From positions 1 through 57,327 of the forward strand of contig CADBTU010000101.1 in NCBI GenBank assembly GCA_902797625.1: 57,327 nucleotides of DNA, read 5' to 3'. Positions within the stretch are counted from its first letter, which is position 1, and the number at the start of each line of letters is the position of its first letter. The stretch is from an uncultured Bacteroidota bacterium (GTDB taxonomy: Bacteria > Bacteroidota > Bacteroidia > Bacteroidales > WCHB1-69). The notes beneath the pieces were generated by a model. The model saw nothing but the letters and a program-made list of their open reading frames with translations, searched no databases and was not told the origin of the DNA. Made by a program: the position numbers and the translations under genes. Below, in pieces: positions 20,763 to 30,152 of the stretch.

Positions 20763-21857
20763 TTATTTAGGTTGATAGAAAGGCATTTTCACGGTAACGG
20801 CCTTGAGGAGTCGGTTACGTACTTTGATAAATATTTCTGTTCCTGATTTAGCAAAATCTTTATTTATCAGAGCAGTTCCGATACCTTTATTTACTGAAGG
20901 GCCGAAAGTGCCAGAACGAACTTCACCTATAACATTGCCTTCAGTATCGCAAACCTCATAACCGCTACGAGGAATACCACGGTCAATGAGTTCAAAACCT
21001 GCAATTTTGCGAGTAAGTCCGTTAGCTTTGAGGTCTTCCATATATTTTCTATCAATAAAATCTTTACCCTCAACAAACTTTGTAATCCAACCTAAACCAG
21101 CTTCGATTGGAGAGATATTATCATCAATTTCGTGGCCATAAAGACAGAATCCCATTTCTAAGCGAAGGGTATCTCGAGCACCTAAGCCGATAGGTTTGAT
21201 GTCGAATTCGGCACCAGCTTCAAAAACTGCGTCCCAAATTTTCATTGCATCCTCGTTTTTAAAGTATATTTCACAACCGCCGCTTCCAGTGTATCCAGTG
21301 GTTGAGAATAGAATATTGTTGATACCAGCAAACTCAATAATTTGGTTAGTATAATATTCCATATCAACAACGTTAGCGTTGGTTAGTTTTTGCATAGCTT
21401 TGAGAGCAAGAGGTCCTTGTACTGCCAATTGTGAAATATTGTCGGAAATATTTTCAATTTCGGCACCGAAAGCTTTGTTTTGTTCTACAACCCAAGCCCA
21501 ATCTTTATCAATATTTGCAGCATTTACTACGAGAAGGTAGTCTTCATCGTGAAGATTGTAAACCAAGAGGTCGTCAACAATACCACCTTTTCCATTAGGG
21601 AAACAAGAGTATTGAACTTTTCCAGGAAAAAGAGAAGCTACGTCGTTAGTGGTGATATGTTGTAATAGAGCTAAAGCTTTTGGCCCTTTTACAGTGAATT
21701 CTCCCATGTGCGAAACATCAAACACACCAACTTTATTTCTTACTTGCAAGTGTTCGTTTGTTATGCTGTCGTATTGAATTGGCATATAAAATCCTGCGAA
21801 TTCTTCCATCTTTGCACCCAATGTTTCGTGTTTTGCTCTATAAACGGTTTCTTTCAT
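20763..21857 (-). CDS. gcvT: Glycine cleavage system aminomethyltransferase T
   Basis: [38 protein letters not shown]. Confidence 0.97.
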   Translation of the reverse strand: MKETVYRAKHETLGAKMEEFAGFYMPIQYDSITNEHLQVRNKVGVFDVSHMGEFTVKGPKALALLQHITTNDVASLFPGKVQYSCFPNGKGGIVDDLLVYNLHDEDYLLVVNAANIDKDWAWVVEQNKAFGAEIENISDNISQLAVQGPLALKAMQKLTNANVVDMEYYTNQIIEFAGINNILFSTTGYTGSGGCEIYFKNEDAMKIWDAVFEAGAEFDIKPIGLGARDTLRLEMGFCLYGHEIDDNISPIEAGLGWITKFVEGKDFIDRKYMEDLKANGLTRKIAGFELIDRGIPRSGYEVCDTEGNVIGEVRSGTFGPSVNKGIGTALINKDFAKSGTEIFIKVRNRLLKAVTVKMPFYQPK

Positions 21858-21892
21858 AATATTTGTAATTTAGAGTTTTATTTTTGAAAGCG

Positions 21893-21900
21893 CAAAGATA
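21893..21900 (-). promoter_or_regulatory. -7 promoter box (TATCTTTG) for gcvT
   Basis: Exact TAnnTTTG 35 nt upstream of the ATG. Confidence 0.7.
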
Positions 21901-21933
21901 CAAAATAACTTGTAATAGTATCTTTATAGTTGA

Positions 21934-22845
21934 TTATTTCCTAACTATGTTTTTTCTTAATTTTAACTGACTTAAAATAACTCCAGCGATAACAATTATT
22001 ATACCTAAGAATTTAACTTTGGAAAAAGTTTCTTGACCTATAGCAGAAGCAACAATCAGTGTTACTATTGGGATTAGATTTGTAAAAACAGAAACTTTGG
22101 TAACAGTTAGTTTTTTTACAGAATAAGAGTAGAGCATATAGGCACCAGCCGAGCATAAAATAGCCAAGCATACTAAGCAGAAAATATTTTGAAAATCCCA
22201 AATCAGAGATGGCCATATTTTTATGTCGAAAATAAACATAAAAGGGATATAGAAAGGAATTGCTATGAAATTCTGATATGTGGTTATTGTCAATGGACGA
22301 TATTTTTTTACCAATCTGCTCAGTAGAACGCTATATCCAACGGCAGAGCCTAAGGCTATGCACAAAAACAGTACCCCTTTGAGGCTAAAATCCATAGTTC
22401 CATCAGGATTTATTGACAAAAGAGAAACGCCTATGAGAGATATTGCAGCTCCGATAATAAATTCCCAACTTATAGGATTTTTTTCAGCAAAAAACATTGT
22501 TATTGATATTAAAATTGGTATCAAAGCAATGATAACAGCTGCAAAACTTGCATCTACAAATTTTAATCCAAAATTCTCACCTATGAAATATAGGAATGGT
22601 TCAAAAAACGATAGAAGAATAAAATCTTTCAAATCTTTTCGTTGAATACTTTCTAAAAGATTTCTCCATTTGAAGAATGAAACAAATACAAATGAGGCTA
22701 TTACAAGCCTAATTGTAACAATTGTAAATACAGGGAAATTATTGGTTAACAGATGTTTAGACCATACAAAACTCAATCCCCAAAAGAGCATAGATACAAG
22801 AATCGCAATGTATCCTGAAAGTTTAGAAGTTGATGATTTTTTCAT
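21934..22845 (-). CDS. DMT/EamA family transporter
   Basis: FWGLSF, ~10 TM helices in two EamA repeats, FTNLIP. Start moved to ATG 22845 (MKKSS). Confidence 0.9.
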   Translation of the reverse strand: MKKSSTSKLSGYIAILVSMLFWGLSFVWSKHLLTNNFPVFTIVTIRLVIASFVFVSFFKWRNLLESIQRKDLKDFILLSFFEPFLYFIGENFGLKFVDASFAAVIIALIPILISITMFFAEKNPISWEFIIGAAISLIGVSLLSINPDGTMDFSLKGVLFLCIALGSAVGYSVLLSRLVKKYRPLTITTYQNFIAIPFYIPFMFIFDIKIWPSLIWDFQNIFCLVCLAILCSAGAYMLYSYSVKKLTVTKVSVFTNLIPIVTLIVASAIGQETFSKVKFLGIIIVIAGVILSQLKLRKNIVRK

Positions 22846-22927
22846 GGCCGCAAAAATCATAAAAATTTTAATACTATGCAATATTTACTGTATAAAAACG
22901 TTAGGTAGAGGAAAAAATAAGTTCGAG

Positions 22928-23857
22928 ATGAAAGTTTTTTTTACATTTTTTTTGGCAATCCTTACCATACTATTCTGTACATCTTGTAATAAAAAAGATT
23001 TAACACCAGCATATATATGTGTAACTCCTGAAGATTTTGAGAATAGCATTGATGTGTCGAATTACAATGAGACACACGGAATGAATTTCGATCAGGAGCA
23101 ATTATTGGCATTAACGAAACATGAGTTTACTCATGTAAATGTGTTTGTTAACAATAAAAATTTGGGCTGCTGGGAATTGCCATGTAAAGTTCCTGTTTTG
23201 GATGTTGATAATACGGATTCATGCACATTGATTTTAGTTCCGTGTTTTAGATTGTCAGGAATGGGAAATACTATATCGGGTTATCCATTTTTTAATATTT
23301 TGCGACAGAGAGTACTTCTTCAGAAGGGAAAAGAGTATCATGCGTCTCAAAATCCACCGAAATATGTTTATAGTGAATATACTCATATTCCGTTTTTTGA
23401 AACGTTCTATAATAGTTCTTCATTTAGACCAACAGATACGATTTCACATACACTAACATTCCAATCAGTTTTTTTTGATGGTAATAATGTTGGAGAGATA
23501 GTTCTCAACGATGTTAATGGATTGAATTTTGATGTGGTCTCATCAAAAATAACAGTTCCGATAGGGAATTATAGAACACTTTTGGAAATTAGGTATTGTA
23601 CGGAATCCAGTATTGATGTTGGGTTGAAGATGTCAACAGGTATAAATCCTCATCAAGTTCATTCGGTAGCAGGTTTTTATGCTTCGCCTAATGAATGGAA
23701 AACAATACATTTTGATTTAACGCAAGTAATCAATACTAACCATAATATGGGAAGTGTTACCGATTTATCTTTAGTGCTGTCTGGAGTAGGGGAAAAAGGG
23801 AAAGATACGCACTTTTACATAGACGATATAAAAGTTATGTATATTAAAACCATGTAA
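22928..23857 (+). CDS. Hypothetical lipoprotein with a beta-sandwich-like C-terminus
   Basis: Signal MKVFF...LFCTSC lipobox from ATG 22928. The longer ORF from 22670 overlaps the DMT gene. C-terminal WKTIHFDL...FYIDDIKV resembles a jelly-roll/CBM fold. Confidence 0.75.
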   Translation: MKVFFTFFLAILTILFCTSCNKKDLTPAYICVTPEDFENSIDVSNYNETHGMNFDQEQLLALTKHEFTHVNVFVNNKNLGCWELPCKVPVLDVDNTDSCTLILVPCFRLSGMGNTISGYPFFNILRQRVLLQKGKEYHASQNPPKYVYSEYTHIPFFETFYNSSSFRPTDTISHTLTFQSVFFDGNNVGEIVLNDVNGLNFDVVSSKITVPIGNYRTLLEIRYCTESSIDVGLKMSTGINPHQVHSVAGFYASPNEWKTIHFDLTQVINTNHNMGSVTDLSLVLSGVGEKGKDTHFYIDDIKVMYIKTM

Positions 23858-23864
23858 ATTTAAA

Positions 23865-25286
23865 ATGCGAAAAGCGAAGTTAACTTTCTTTTATGTTCTT
23901 TTCGACACGTTAGCGGCTATATTAACGTGGGTAGGGCTTTATTGTTATAGAAAATATGTAGGAGAATCATTGTCGTTACAAGAGATTTTTCGAGCAGTGA
24001 GTATAGATAGGAAGTTTTTTGAAGGTTTGATGGTTTATCCTCTATATTGGCTTTTTTTTCATGCTTTTTTTGGATATTACAATAAGGTTTTTGGTAAATC
24101 AAGATTAGATGAATTAGGAACGACGTTAGGTGTTACACTATTTGGAAGTTTACTATTCTTTTTTATTTTTATTTTGGACGATATAGTTAATTCTCCTAAT
24201 GATTACGTGAAATATCTATTGTTTATGTTTTTTGTACAATTTACATTAACGTATTTACCGCGAGTTTTCGTTACATCACATATAAACAAAAAGATTCATA
24301 GAGGAGAGATTGGTTTTAATACAATTATAGTAGGTTGTGATAAGATGGCACTAAAAGCTTACGAAACACTTTTGTCGCATAGCCCGCAATTAAAAAAATA
24401 TATTCTCGGTTATCTAACCGTAGAAGAAAATCAGGAAGATGAGTTGAAGGATAAGTTGAATTGTTTAGGGCATATATCAGATATTGATAATATCGTTAAA
24501 GAGCATGGAGTAGAGGAAGTTGTTGCGGCATTTCATAATGGTCAGCAAAAATACATACAGCAAATTTTTTTATTAACGCGAAATAGTCACGATTTGGTTA
24601 TCAGTTTAGTGCCACAAATTAACGATTTTCTAACCAAATCGGTGAAAACATCATCAATTCTTAATGAACCTCTTATAACCATAAATCCAGAATATCTCCC
24701 AACATGGCAGCGTTTATTAAAGCGATTTTTCGATATAGTAATTTCTATAGTTGCGATGATTTTATTGTTTCCTTTGTATATATTTTTGATAATGGGAGTA
24801 AAAAAATCTTCGCCTGGTCCAGTTTTTTATCTTCAGGAGCGTATTGGCTATAAAGGAAAGCCATTCAATATCATAAAATTCCGTTCTATGAATGTAGATG
24901 CAGAATCATCAGGTCCGCGTTTATCATCAGAAGGGGATAGTAGAATTACGCCATTTGGCAAGTTTATGCGCCAGTATCGTTTAGATGAGACACCTCAGTT
25001 TTTCAATGTTTTGCGAGGCGATATGTCTTTGGTCGGACCGCGACCAGAGAGGCAATATTACATAGACCAAATCACCGAAAGGGCTCCATATTATCAGTTG
25101 CTTCTTGGTATAAAGCCTGGAATAACATCTTGGGGACAGGTGAAATTCGGGTATGCAGAAAACGTAGACGAAATGTTGGAACGCCTACGTTGGGATATAC
25201 TATATATAGAAAATATGTCGATACAGATGGATATAAAGATACTAATTTACACAGTACTGATAATCCTAAAGAAAGAGGGTAAGTAA
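23865..25286 (+). CDS. Polyprenyl-phosphate sugar phosphotransferase (WcaJ/WbaP-like priming transferase)
   Basis: N-terminal TMs, KRFFD, KFRSM, RLDETPQFFNVLRGDMSLVGPRPE, KPGITSWGQV. Confidence 0.93.
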   Translation: MRKAKLTFFYVLFDTLAAILTWVGLYCYRKYVGESLSLQEIFRAVSIDRKFFEGLMVYPLYWLFFHAFFGYYNKVFGKSRLDELGTTLGVTLFGSLLFFFIFILDDIVNSPNDYVKYLLFMFFVQFTLTYLPRVFVTSHINKKIHRGEIGFNTIIVGCDKMALKAYETLLSHSPQLKKYILGYLTVEENQEDELKDKLNCLGHISDIDNIVKEHGVEEVVAAFHNGQQKYIQQIFLLTRNSHDLVISLVPQINDFLTKSVKTSSILNEPLITINPEYLPTWQRLLKRFFDIVISIVAMILLFPLYIFLIMGVKKSSPGPVFYLQERIGYKGKPFNIIKFRSMNVDAESSGPRLSSEGDSRITPFGKFMRQYRLDETPQFFNVLRGDMSLVGPRPERQYYIDQITERAPYYQLLLGIKPGITSWGQVKFGYAENVDEMLERLRWDILYIENMSIQMDIKILIYTVLIILKKEGK

Positions 25287-25299
25287 GAATCTTAAATAC

Positions 25300-26088
25300 T
25301 TATCCGTTAATTCTTCTGTCTAATTCTTGGGCGATATAAGATGCGACGTCATCAGCATAGGTATTAGCACCGAATCCTGCATCATAGCCTAATTCTTTAG
25401 CTAGTTCGTGAGTGATACGTGGGCCGCCGCACACAACAATCATTTTATCGCGTAAACCTTCTGCTTCAAGCATCTCAATAAGTTCTGTTAGATTTTGAAT
25501 GTGTACATCTTTTTGAGTAACAGTTTGAGAAACCAACAGGGCATCAGCATTAAGTTCAACAGCTTTTGCTATAAATTCTTCGTTGGGAATTTGGCTGCCC
25601 ATATTTAGAGCATCAAAATATTCATAGCGTTCTATGCCATAATGTCCAGCGTAGCCTTTCATATTCATAATAGCGTCTATGCCAACAGTGTGAGCGTCAG
25701 TTCCAGTGCTGGCACCAATAACTACAATATGTCGGCCAATATGTTCGCGTATAAAATCGTCGGTTTCTTGCATTGACCATACAGTAGATTCTACTTTAGG
25801 GACATGTATTGAAGAAAAATCTACGGTGTGAGTGCAGGAGCCGTAGCAATTTACGAAAGTGAAACCTTCTGTTAATTCTTTAAAATAAACAACTTGTGGG
25901 TTATCGAGACCCATTTTTTTAAGAAGTTGTTTTGCAGCTTCAACAGCTTCATCACCACAAGGAACAGGCAAGGTGAAACTAAGTTGAATTTTACCATCGT
26001 TCATTGTATCGCCATAAGGCTTTACACGTGTCAAGTCTAAAGTCTGATCAAAGTCCTTTTGATCCATTGAATATAATCCGCCACTCAT
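25300..26088 (-). CDS. kamE: Lysine 5,6-aminomutase beta subunit (B12/PLP)
   Basis: VKPYGDTMNDG, DAHTVG (DxHxxG cobalamin motif), IMNMKG PLP lysine. Confidence 0.95.
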   Translation of the reverse strand: MSGGLYSMDQKDFDQTLDLTRVKPYGDTMNDGKIQLSFTLPVPCGDEAVEAAKQLLKKMGLDNPQVVYFKELTEGFTFVNCYGSCTHTVDFSSIHVPKVESTVWSMQETDDFIREHIGRHIVVIGASTGTDAHTVGIDAIMNMKGYAGHYGIERYEYFDALNMGSQIPNEEFIAKAVELNADALLVSQTVTQKDVHIQNLTELIEMLEAEGLRDKMIVVCGGPRITHELAKELGYDAGFGANTYADDVASYIAQELDRRING

Positions 26089-26136
26089 AATTTTCTGTTT
26101 ATTAAAGTGTTATAAAATGTTGTTAAAGAAAGATAA

Positions 26137-27696
26137 TTATAATCTATCTTTCATCATTTGAATGAATGGGTTGAAATAATATTCACCCTTTGAAACCACG
26201 CCAGATAGACCTTTACCGCCATCTTTTGGACGTTTAACATCACCGAAGATACCTTTTTCAAGAGCGGTAAAAAGACCCTCATTCACAATATCTTGTAGCA
26301 ACTCAATAGCGTTATTTAGCACAGTTTTAGCGCGTTCGCGACAAATACCTCCTTCGCGAAATTCCATTTCTTCGCCGATGCTTCTCATATCGTTGAAAAT
26401 ATAGCGGGCATTTTCAATTGAAAGGTAGCGGTCGCTCATAAAAGGAGTATGAATTGCTTCGGTAGGCATTCCCAGAAGTTGAATACCTTGATTAGTCCAA
26501 ATACCAATGATATTAAAAAGTGCATCTTGAATGTGTCCTCTGAATATATTGCCAGTCATGAATTTTGTTGGAGGCATATATTTAAGGGTGGCTTTTGGAA
26601 AAATTTCTCGAGTCATTTGAGCTTGAGCTAATTCCAGTAGAAATCCATTTTCTAAAGAAGGATCCATTTCAAAGGCGTGTCCTAAGCCCATTTGTTCTTC
26701 TGGAAGCCCAGCCAGCAATGCTAATTGTTCATTGATAAGGTCTGAAGCGAGTACAGTGTGAGCAGCATCTACCGCATCAGCTGTGGTTAGGTAATTATCT
26801 TCGCCAGTGTTGATAATAACACCAGCGTAGCCATTGATAACTCTTGAGAAATATTGGTCGATTAGAGTACGCTGCGGGTTTATATCACGGAAAAGAATGC
26901 CATAAAGAGCATCGTTAAGCATAACATCGAGACGTTCTAATGCACCCATTGCTGCAATTTCTGGCATACAAAGACCAGAACAATAGTTGCAAAGTCTAAT
27001 GTAGCGCCCTACCTCTTCACCAACTTCATCAAGAGCTTTTCTCATTATACGGAAGTTTTCCTGAGTTGCAAAAGTTCCACCGAATCCTTCTGTAGTGGCT
27101 CCGTAAGGAACATAGTCAAGAAGACTCTGTCCCGTTGTGCGTATAACTGCGATAACATCAGCACCCTGACGTGCTCCAGCTTGTGCTTGTATAACATCTT
27201 CATAAATGTTTCCTGTAGCAACAATTATATAGAGATAAGGTTTTGGACCTTCACCGATGGTGTTAAGGTACTCATTACGTTTAGCAACGTTGCCTTTGAT
27301 TCTTGTGAGACATTGTTCTACAAGTGGAATAACAGCAGCTTCAACATCTTTAATAGGGTGAAGAGCCACAGACTTGACGTCGAGATCGTTATTTGCGATA
27401 CGTTGTGCAATATCTTGTGGGTTAGTGCCGAATTCTAATAAGGCGTTTCCCATAAAATAGAGAACACCTTGATTTAGAAGACCAGCTTCTAACAACGCGT
27501 CAACTACGCGGTTTGGCAAAGGTACACCGTTTTCGTCAACATCATCAATGCCTATCAAGCGGCATAAAGTTCGCTCAACCGTTACAGTTGTGTATCCATC
27601 AACAAACTCTTGTACTTGATCTGCAATTTCTTTTGCCAATTGTTTGGCTACTGCAACTTGTGAAAAATCTAATCCGAGTTTGGATTTTTGTGTCAT
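26137..27696 (-). CDS. kamD: Lysine 5,6-aminomutase alpha subunit
   Basis: TTVTVER, VATGNIYED, AVIRTTGQSLLDYVPYG, NYCSGLCMPE, KYMPPTK. Confidence 0.95.
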   Translation of the reverse strand: MTQKSKLGLDFSQVAVAKQLAKEIADQVQEFVDGYTTVTVERTLCRLIGIDDVDENGVPLPNRVVDALLEAGLLNQGVLYFMGNALLEFGTNPQDIAQRIANNDLDVKSVALHPIKDVEAAVIPLVEQCLTRIKGNVAKRNEYLNTIGEGPKPYLYIIVATGNIYEDVIQAQAGARQGADVIAVIRTTGQSLLDYVPYGATTEGFGGTFATQENFRIMRKALDEVGEEVGRYIRLCNYCSGLCMPEIAAMGALERLDVMLNDALYGILFRDINPQRTLIDQYFSRVINGYAGVIINTGEDNYLTTADAVDAAHTVLASDLINEQLALLAGLPEEQMGLGHAFEMDPSLENGFLLELAQAQMTREIFPKATLKYMPPTKFMTGNIFRGHIQDALFNIIGIWTNQGIQLLGMPTEAIHTPFMSDRYLSIENARYIFNDMRSIGEEMEFREGGICRERAKTVLNNAIELLQDIVNEGLFTALEKGIFGDVKRPKDGGKGLSGVVSKGEYYFNPFIQMMKDRL

Positions 27697-27746
27697 AAAT
27701 TCCCTTTTATATTTAATAATTCAATTCTCTAAAAAATAGAGGACTG

Positions 27747-27864
27747 CAAAAGTACAAAAAAAATGTGAAAGTACAATGCTTCATAGTCGTATAAATAATA
27801 TCCATATAAAAAGTGATAAGTTGTTTTTTTTTGGAGCTGATTATATGATTTTTTATTACTTTTG
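27747..27864. promoter_or_regulatory. Divergent promoters for kamDE (-) and the DUF4328-like gene (+)
   Basis: TACTTTTG on minus (27747-27754) and TACTTTTG on plus (27857-27864). Confidence 0.65.
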
Positions 27865-27934
27865 CTACGCTCGTAAGTAGATATACTTTTTAGAGTTAAC
27901 TTATTGATAATTAGTAATATAAAATAGTTTTAAT

Positions 27935-28885
27935 ATGAAGAAATTGACAAATAACACCAAGTTAGGCAAGTTGGTATTGCTTTGTAACGTGTTAGTTTTT
28001 GTACTTTTCGTCATTTCAATGTTGAATTTAATCAAGTTTGATAAGACGAATAATGCAGTGATTGACGAGCGAGCCAACTACAACAAGTTGTATGAGAATT
28101 ACGCTACAGCGCAGCACCCACTTCGCCAAGATAGTGCTGAAGTTGCTTATTACCAATACAAATTGGACACACTTCAACAAAAAACAGCTTTATCAAAGGA
28201 TGAAAAGAATGCTCTTGCTGAAAGTATTGAAGTTACAAAACAAACTCTCGCAGATAAGCAAAAACAACGCGAAGCACACCTTAAAGCAGTTGCAGAATAT
28301 GAAAAAGAATACACCCCAACTCACGAAAATTGGTTAAAATTAAACGCTGATAACACATCTGCAAAAAAGAGTTTTTGGATATGGGCTTGTATCACAATAG
28401 TGTTTTTTCTAATTAAAACTTTATTGTTTGCTAAGTGGGGCGCCGATAATAATAGAAACCTTCGTAATGTTGCTCCTTGGATGAAGAGCGGAATGAAGCC
28501 TTATTCGGCATATATTGCTTGGTTTGTTCCGTTTATAAATCTTATTAGACCACTATCTTTTTACAAAGAGTTGTGGAACGAAACAGACTATGCATTAGAA
28601 AGTGTAGCAGATAAAGAGCGTGATGAAAATAATATAGATAACTCGAATCTTTATATGTCTATTTGGTGGGCATTCCTGCTTTGTAGTGTTTGGCTTATGA
28701 ATTTTGTTCTTTTCGGAACTTTCTTCCGTGAAGGTGCTCTCTTCGTTAAAACTAATCATCTAACTATGATTATTGTAGCTGTGGTAATAATGGTAATCAC
28801 AATGTGTATAGAAACACTTATTATTCTCAACTATAACAAGAAAAATTTGAAACTTATCGAAAATGAAGATAAGTTTAATAAGTAA
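27935..28885 (+). CDS. Membrane protein with a coiled-coil loop and DUF4328-like domain
   Basis: TM helix, ~110-aa helical charged segment, then AWFVPFINLIRP...ELW and IWW motifs typical of DUF4328. Confidence 0.65.
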   Translation: MKKLTNNTKLGKLVLLCNVLVFVLFVISMLNLIKFDKTNNAVIDERANYNKLYENYATAQHPLRQDSAEVAYYQYKLDTLQQKTALSKDEKNALAESIEVTKQTLADKQKQREAHLKAVAEYEKEYTPTHENWLKLNADNTSAKKSFWIWACITIVFFLIKTLLFAKWGADNNRNLRNVAPWMKSGMKPYSAYIAWFVPFINLIRPLSFYKELWNETDYALESVADKERDENNIDNSNLYMSIWWAFLLCSVWLMNFVLFGTFFREGALFVKTNHLTMIIVAVVIMVITMCIETLIILNYNKKNLKLIENEDKFNK

Positions 28886-28905
28886 GTTTTTTGAAACAAT
28901 ATAAC

Positions 28906-28945
28906 AAAAAAGAGGGAGAATTTAAAAATTACTCTCTCTTTTTTT
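28906..28945. terminator. Bidirectional intrinsic terminator between convergent genes
   Basis: AAAAAAGAGGGAG...CTCTCTCTTTTTTT. Confidence 0.7.
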
Positions 28946-28979
28946 ATTGATGTAGATTTATATTTATATTCAGTCCTTT

Positions 28980-30128
28980 TTAATTTAGTTGGTTAGTAAT
29001 AGTTTGCGATAAAACATTTTCTATACTATTCCAAAGGAGATTGGATGTTTTATCCCAAGTAAAGAGATTTTTTCTTTCTATTCCTTTAGTTATTAAATTG
29101 TTGCGCAGAGAACTATCAGAATTTAGTATATACATAGCGTCAGCAATGGAATTGTAATCGAATGGATTTACAAGGAGAGCTGCATCGCCAGCAATTTCTG
29201 GCATAGAAGAAACATTTGAGGTTATAACTGGTACATTAGCATTGAAGGCATCTACTATAGGGAGTCCGAATCCTTCGAAAAAAGAAGGATAAACAACGGC
29301 TTTGGCAGAAGCAGTAAGTTTTACTACAATGTCAGTAGGTTGGTAACCCATCATTAAAATATCATTTTTGAAAGAGAGACTATTATAAGTATCTTCAATT
29401 TCGCCAGTCCACCATTTTTTATTCCCAACAACAACCAACTTTGTTAAAGAGTTGCTTCTTGATTTAAAACTTTCAAAAGCTTTAAAAATGTTAGTTAAAT
29501 TTTTGCGTTTATGAATGAGTCCTACGAACAGAAAAAAGTCGCAATTGTCGGTAAATTCCTTTTTTACAGCGTTTTGTGCTATAGTTGAGAGAGGCATGTA
29601 TAGAGGATTACTACCACCATAAACAACATCAATTTTATCTGGGTTAATATTATATTGCCGGCAAATATCGTATTTAGAAAATTCGGAAACAGTGGCTAAT
29701 CGAGTTGCTTTAGTAGCGAATTTGTGAAAAAATCGTTGGTAATATCTATTAACAACAGAAGGAATAAATTCGGGATAATGCAAAAAATTAAGATCGTGTA
29801 TTACATTAAGGGAGGGTATGTTCAAATTAGTAGGAATCCAACCGTCTGTAGAGATAAATACGTCGGGTTTTATTTTTTTTAGTTGAAAAGGGATACCATA
29901 TTCAAAGAAAAGATACCACAGGTAGGGGTGTCGTGCTTGAGGATAAGCAACGATAGGCGTTATATTATCAGAAAAAATAAAACTTTCATCGAATTTTCTG
30001 TCAAATAGAAAATAAAATTGGTGTTCAGGATGATTATTTGTAATTCTTTTGAGGTTTTCAAAAGTAAATTGTCCAATTCCCTCTAATTTATTTTTGAGGA
30101 GAAGTCGAGTATTAACAGCAATTTTCAT
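28980..30128 (-). CDS. GT4-family glycosyltransferase
   Basis: VIHDL, TVSEFS, RKNL, YPSFFEGFGLP, SSMPEIAGDAA. Confidence 0.92.
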   Translation of the reverse strand: MKIAVNTRLLLKNKLEGIGQFTFENLKRITNNHPEHQFYFLFDRKFDESFIFSDNITPIVAYPQARHPYLWYLFFEYGIPFQLKKIKPDVFISTDGWIPTNLNIPSLNVIHDLNFLHYPEFIPSVVNRYYQRFFHKFATKATRLATVSEFSKYDICRQYNINPDKIDVVYGGSNPLYMPLSTIAQNAVKKEFTDNCDFFLFVGLIHKRKNLTNIFKAFESFKSRSNSLTKLVVVGNKKWWTGEIEDTYNSLSFKNDILMMGYQPTDIVVKLTASAKAVVYPSFFEGFGLPIVDAFNANVPVITSNVSSMPEIAGDAALLVNPFDYNSIADAMYILNSDSSLRNNLITKGIERKNLFTWDKTSNLLWNSIENVLSQTITNQLN

Positions 30129-30152
30129 TAGAGAAAGTCAACTTGATAGTTG

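Noticed and set aside
21858-21933. Glycine riboswitch upstream of gcvT
   Set aside because: The leader is about 30 nt, AT-rich and unstructured.
22670-22927. Apparent 212-bp head-to-head overlap of the lipoprotein ORF with the DMT gene
   Set aside because: It disappears when starts are set at ATG 22928 (signal peptide) and ATG 22845.
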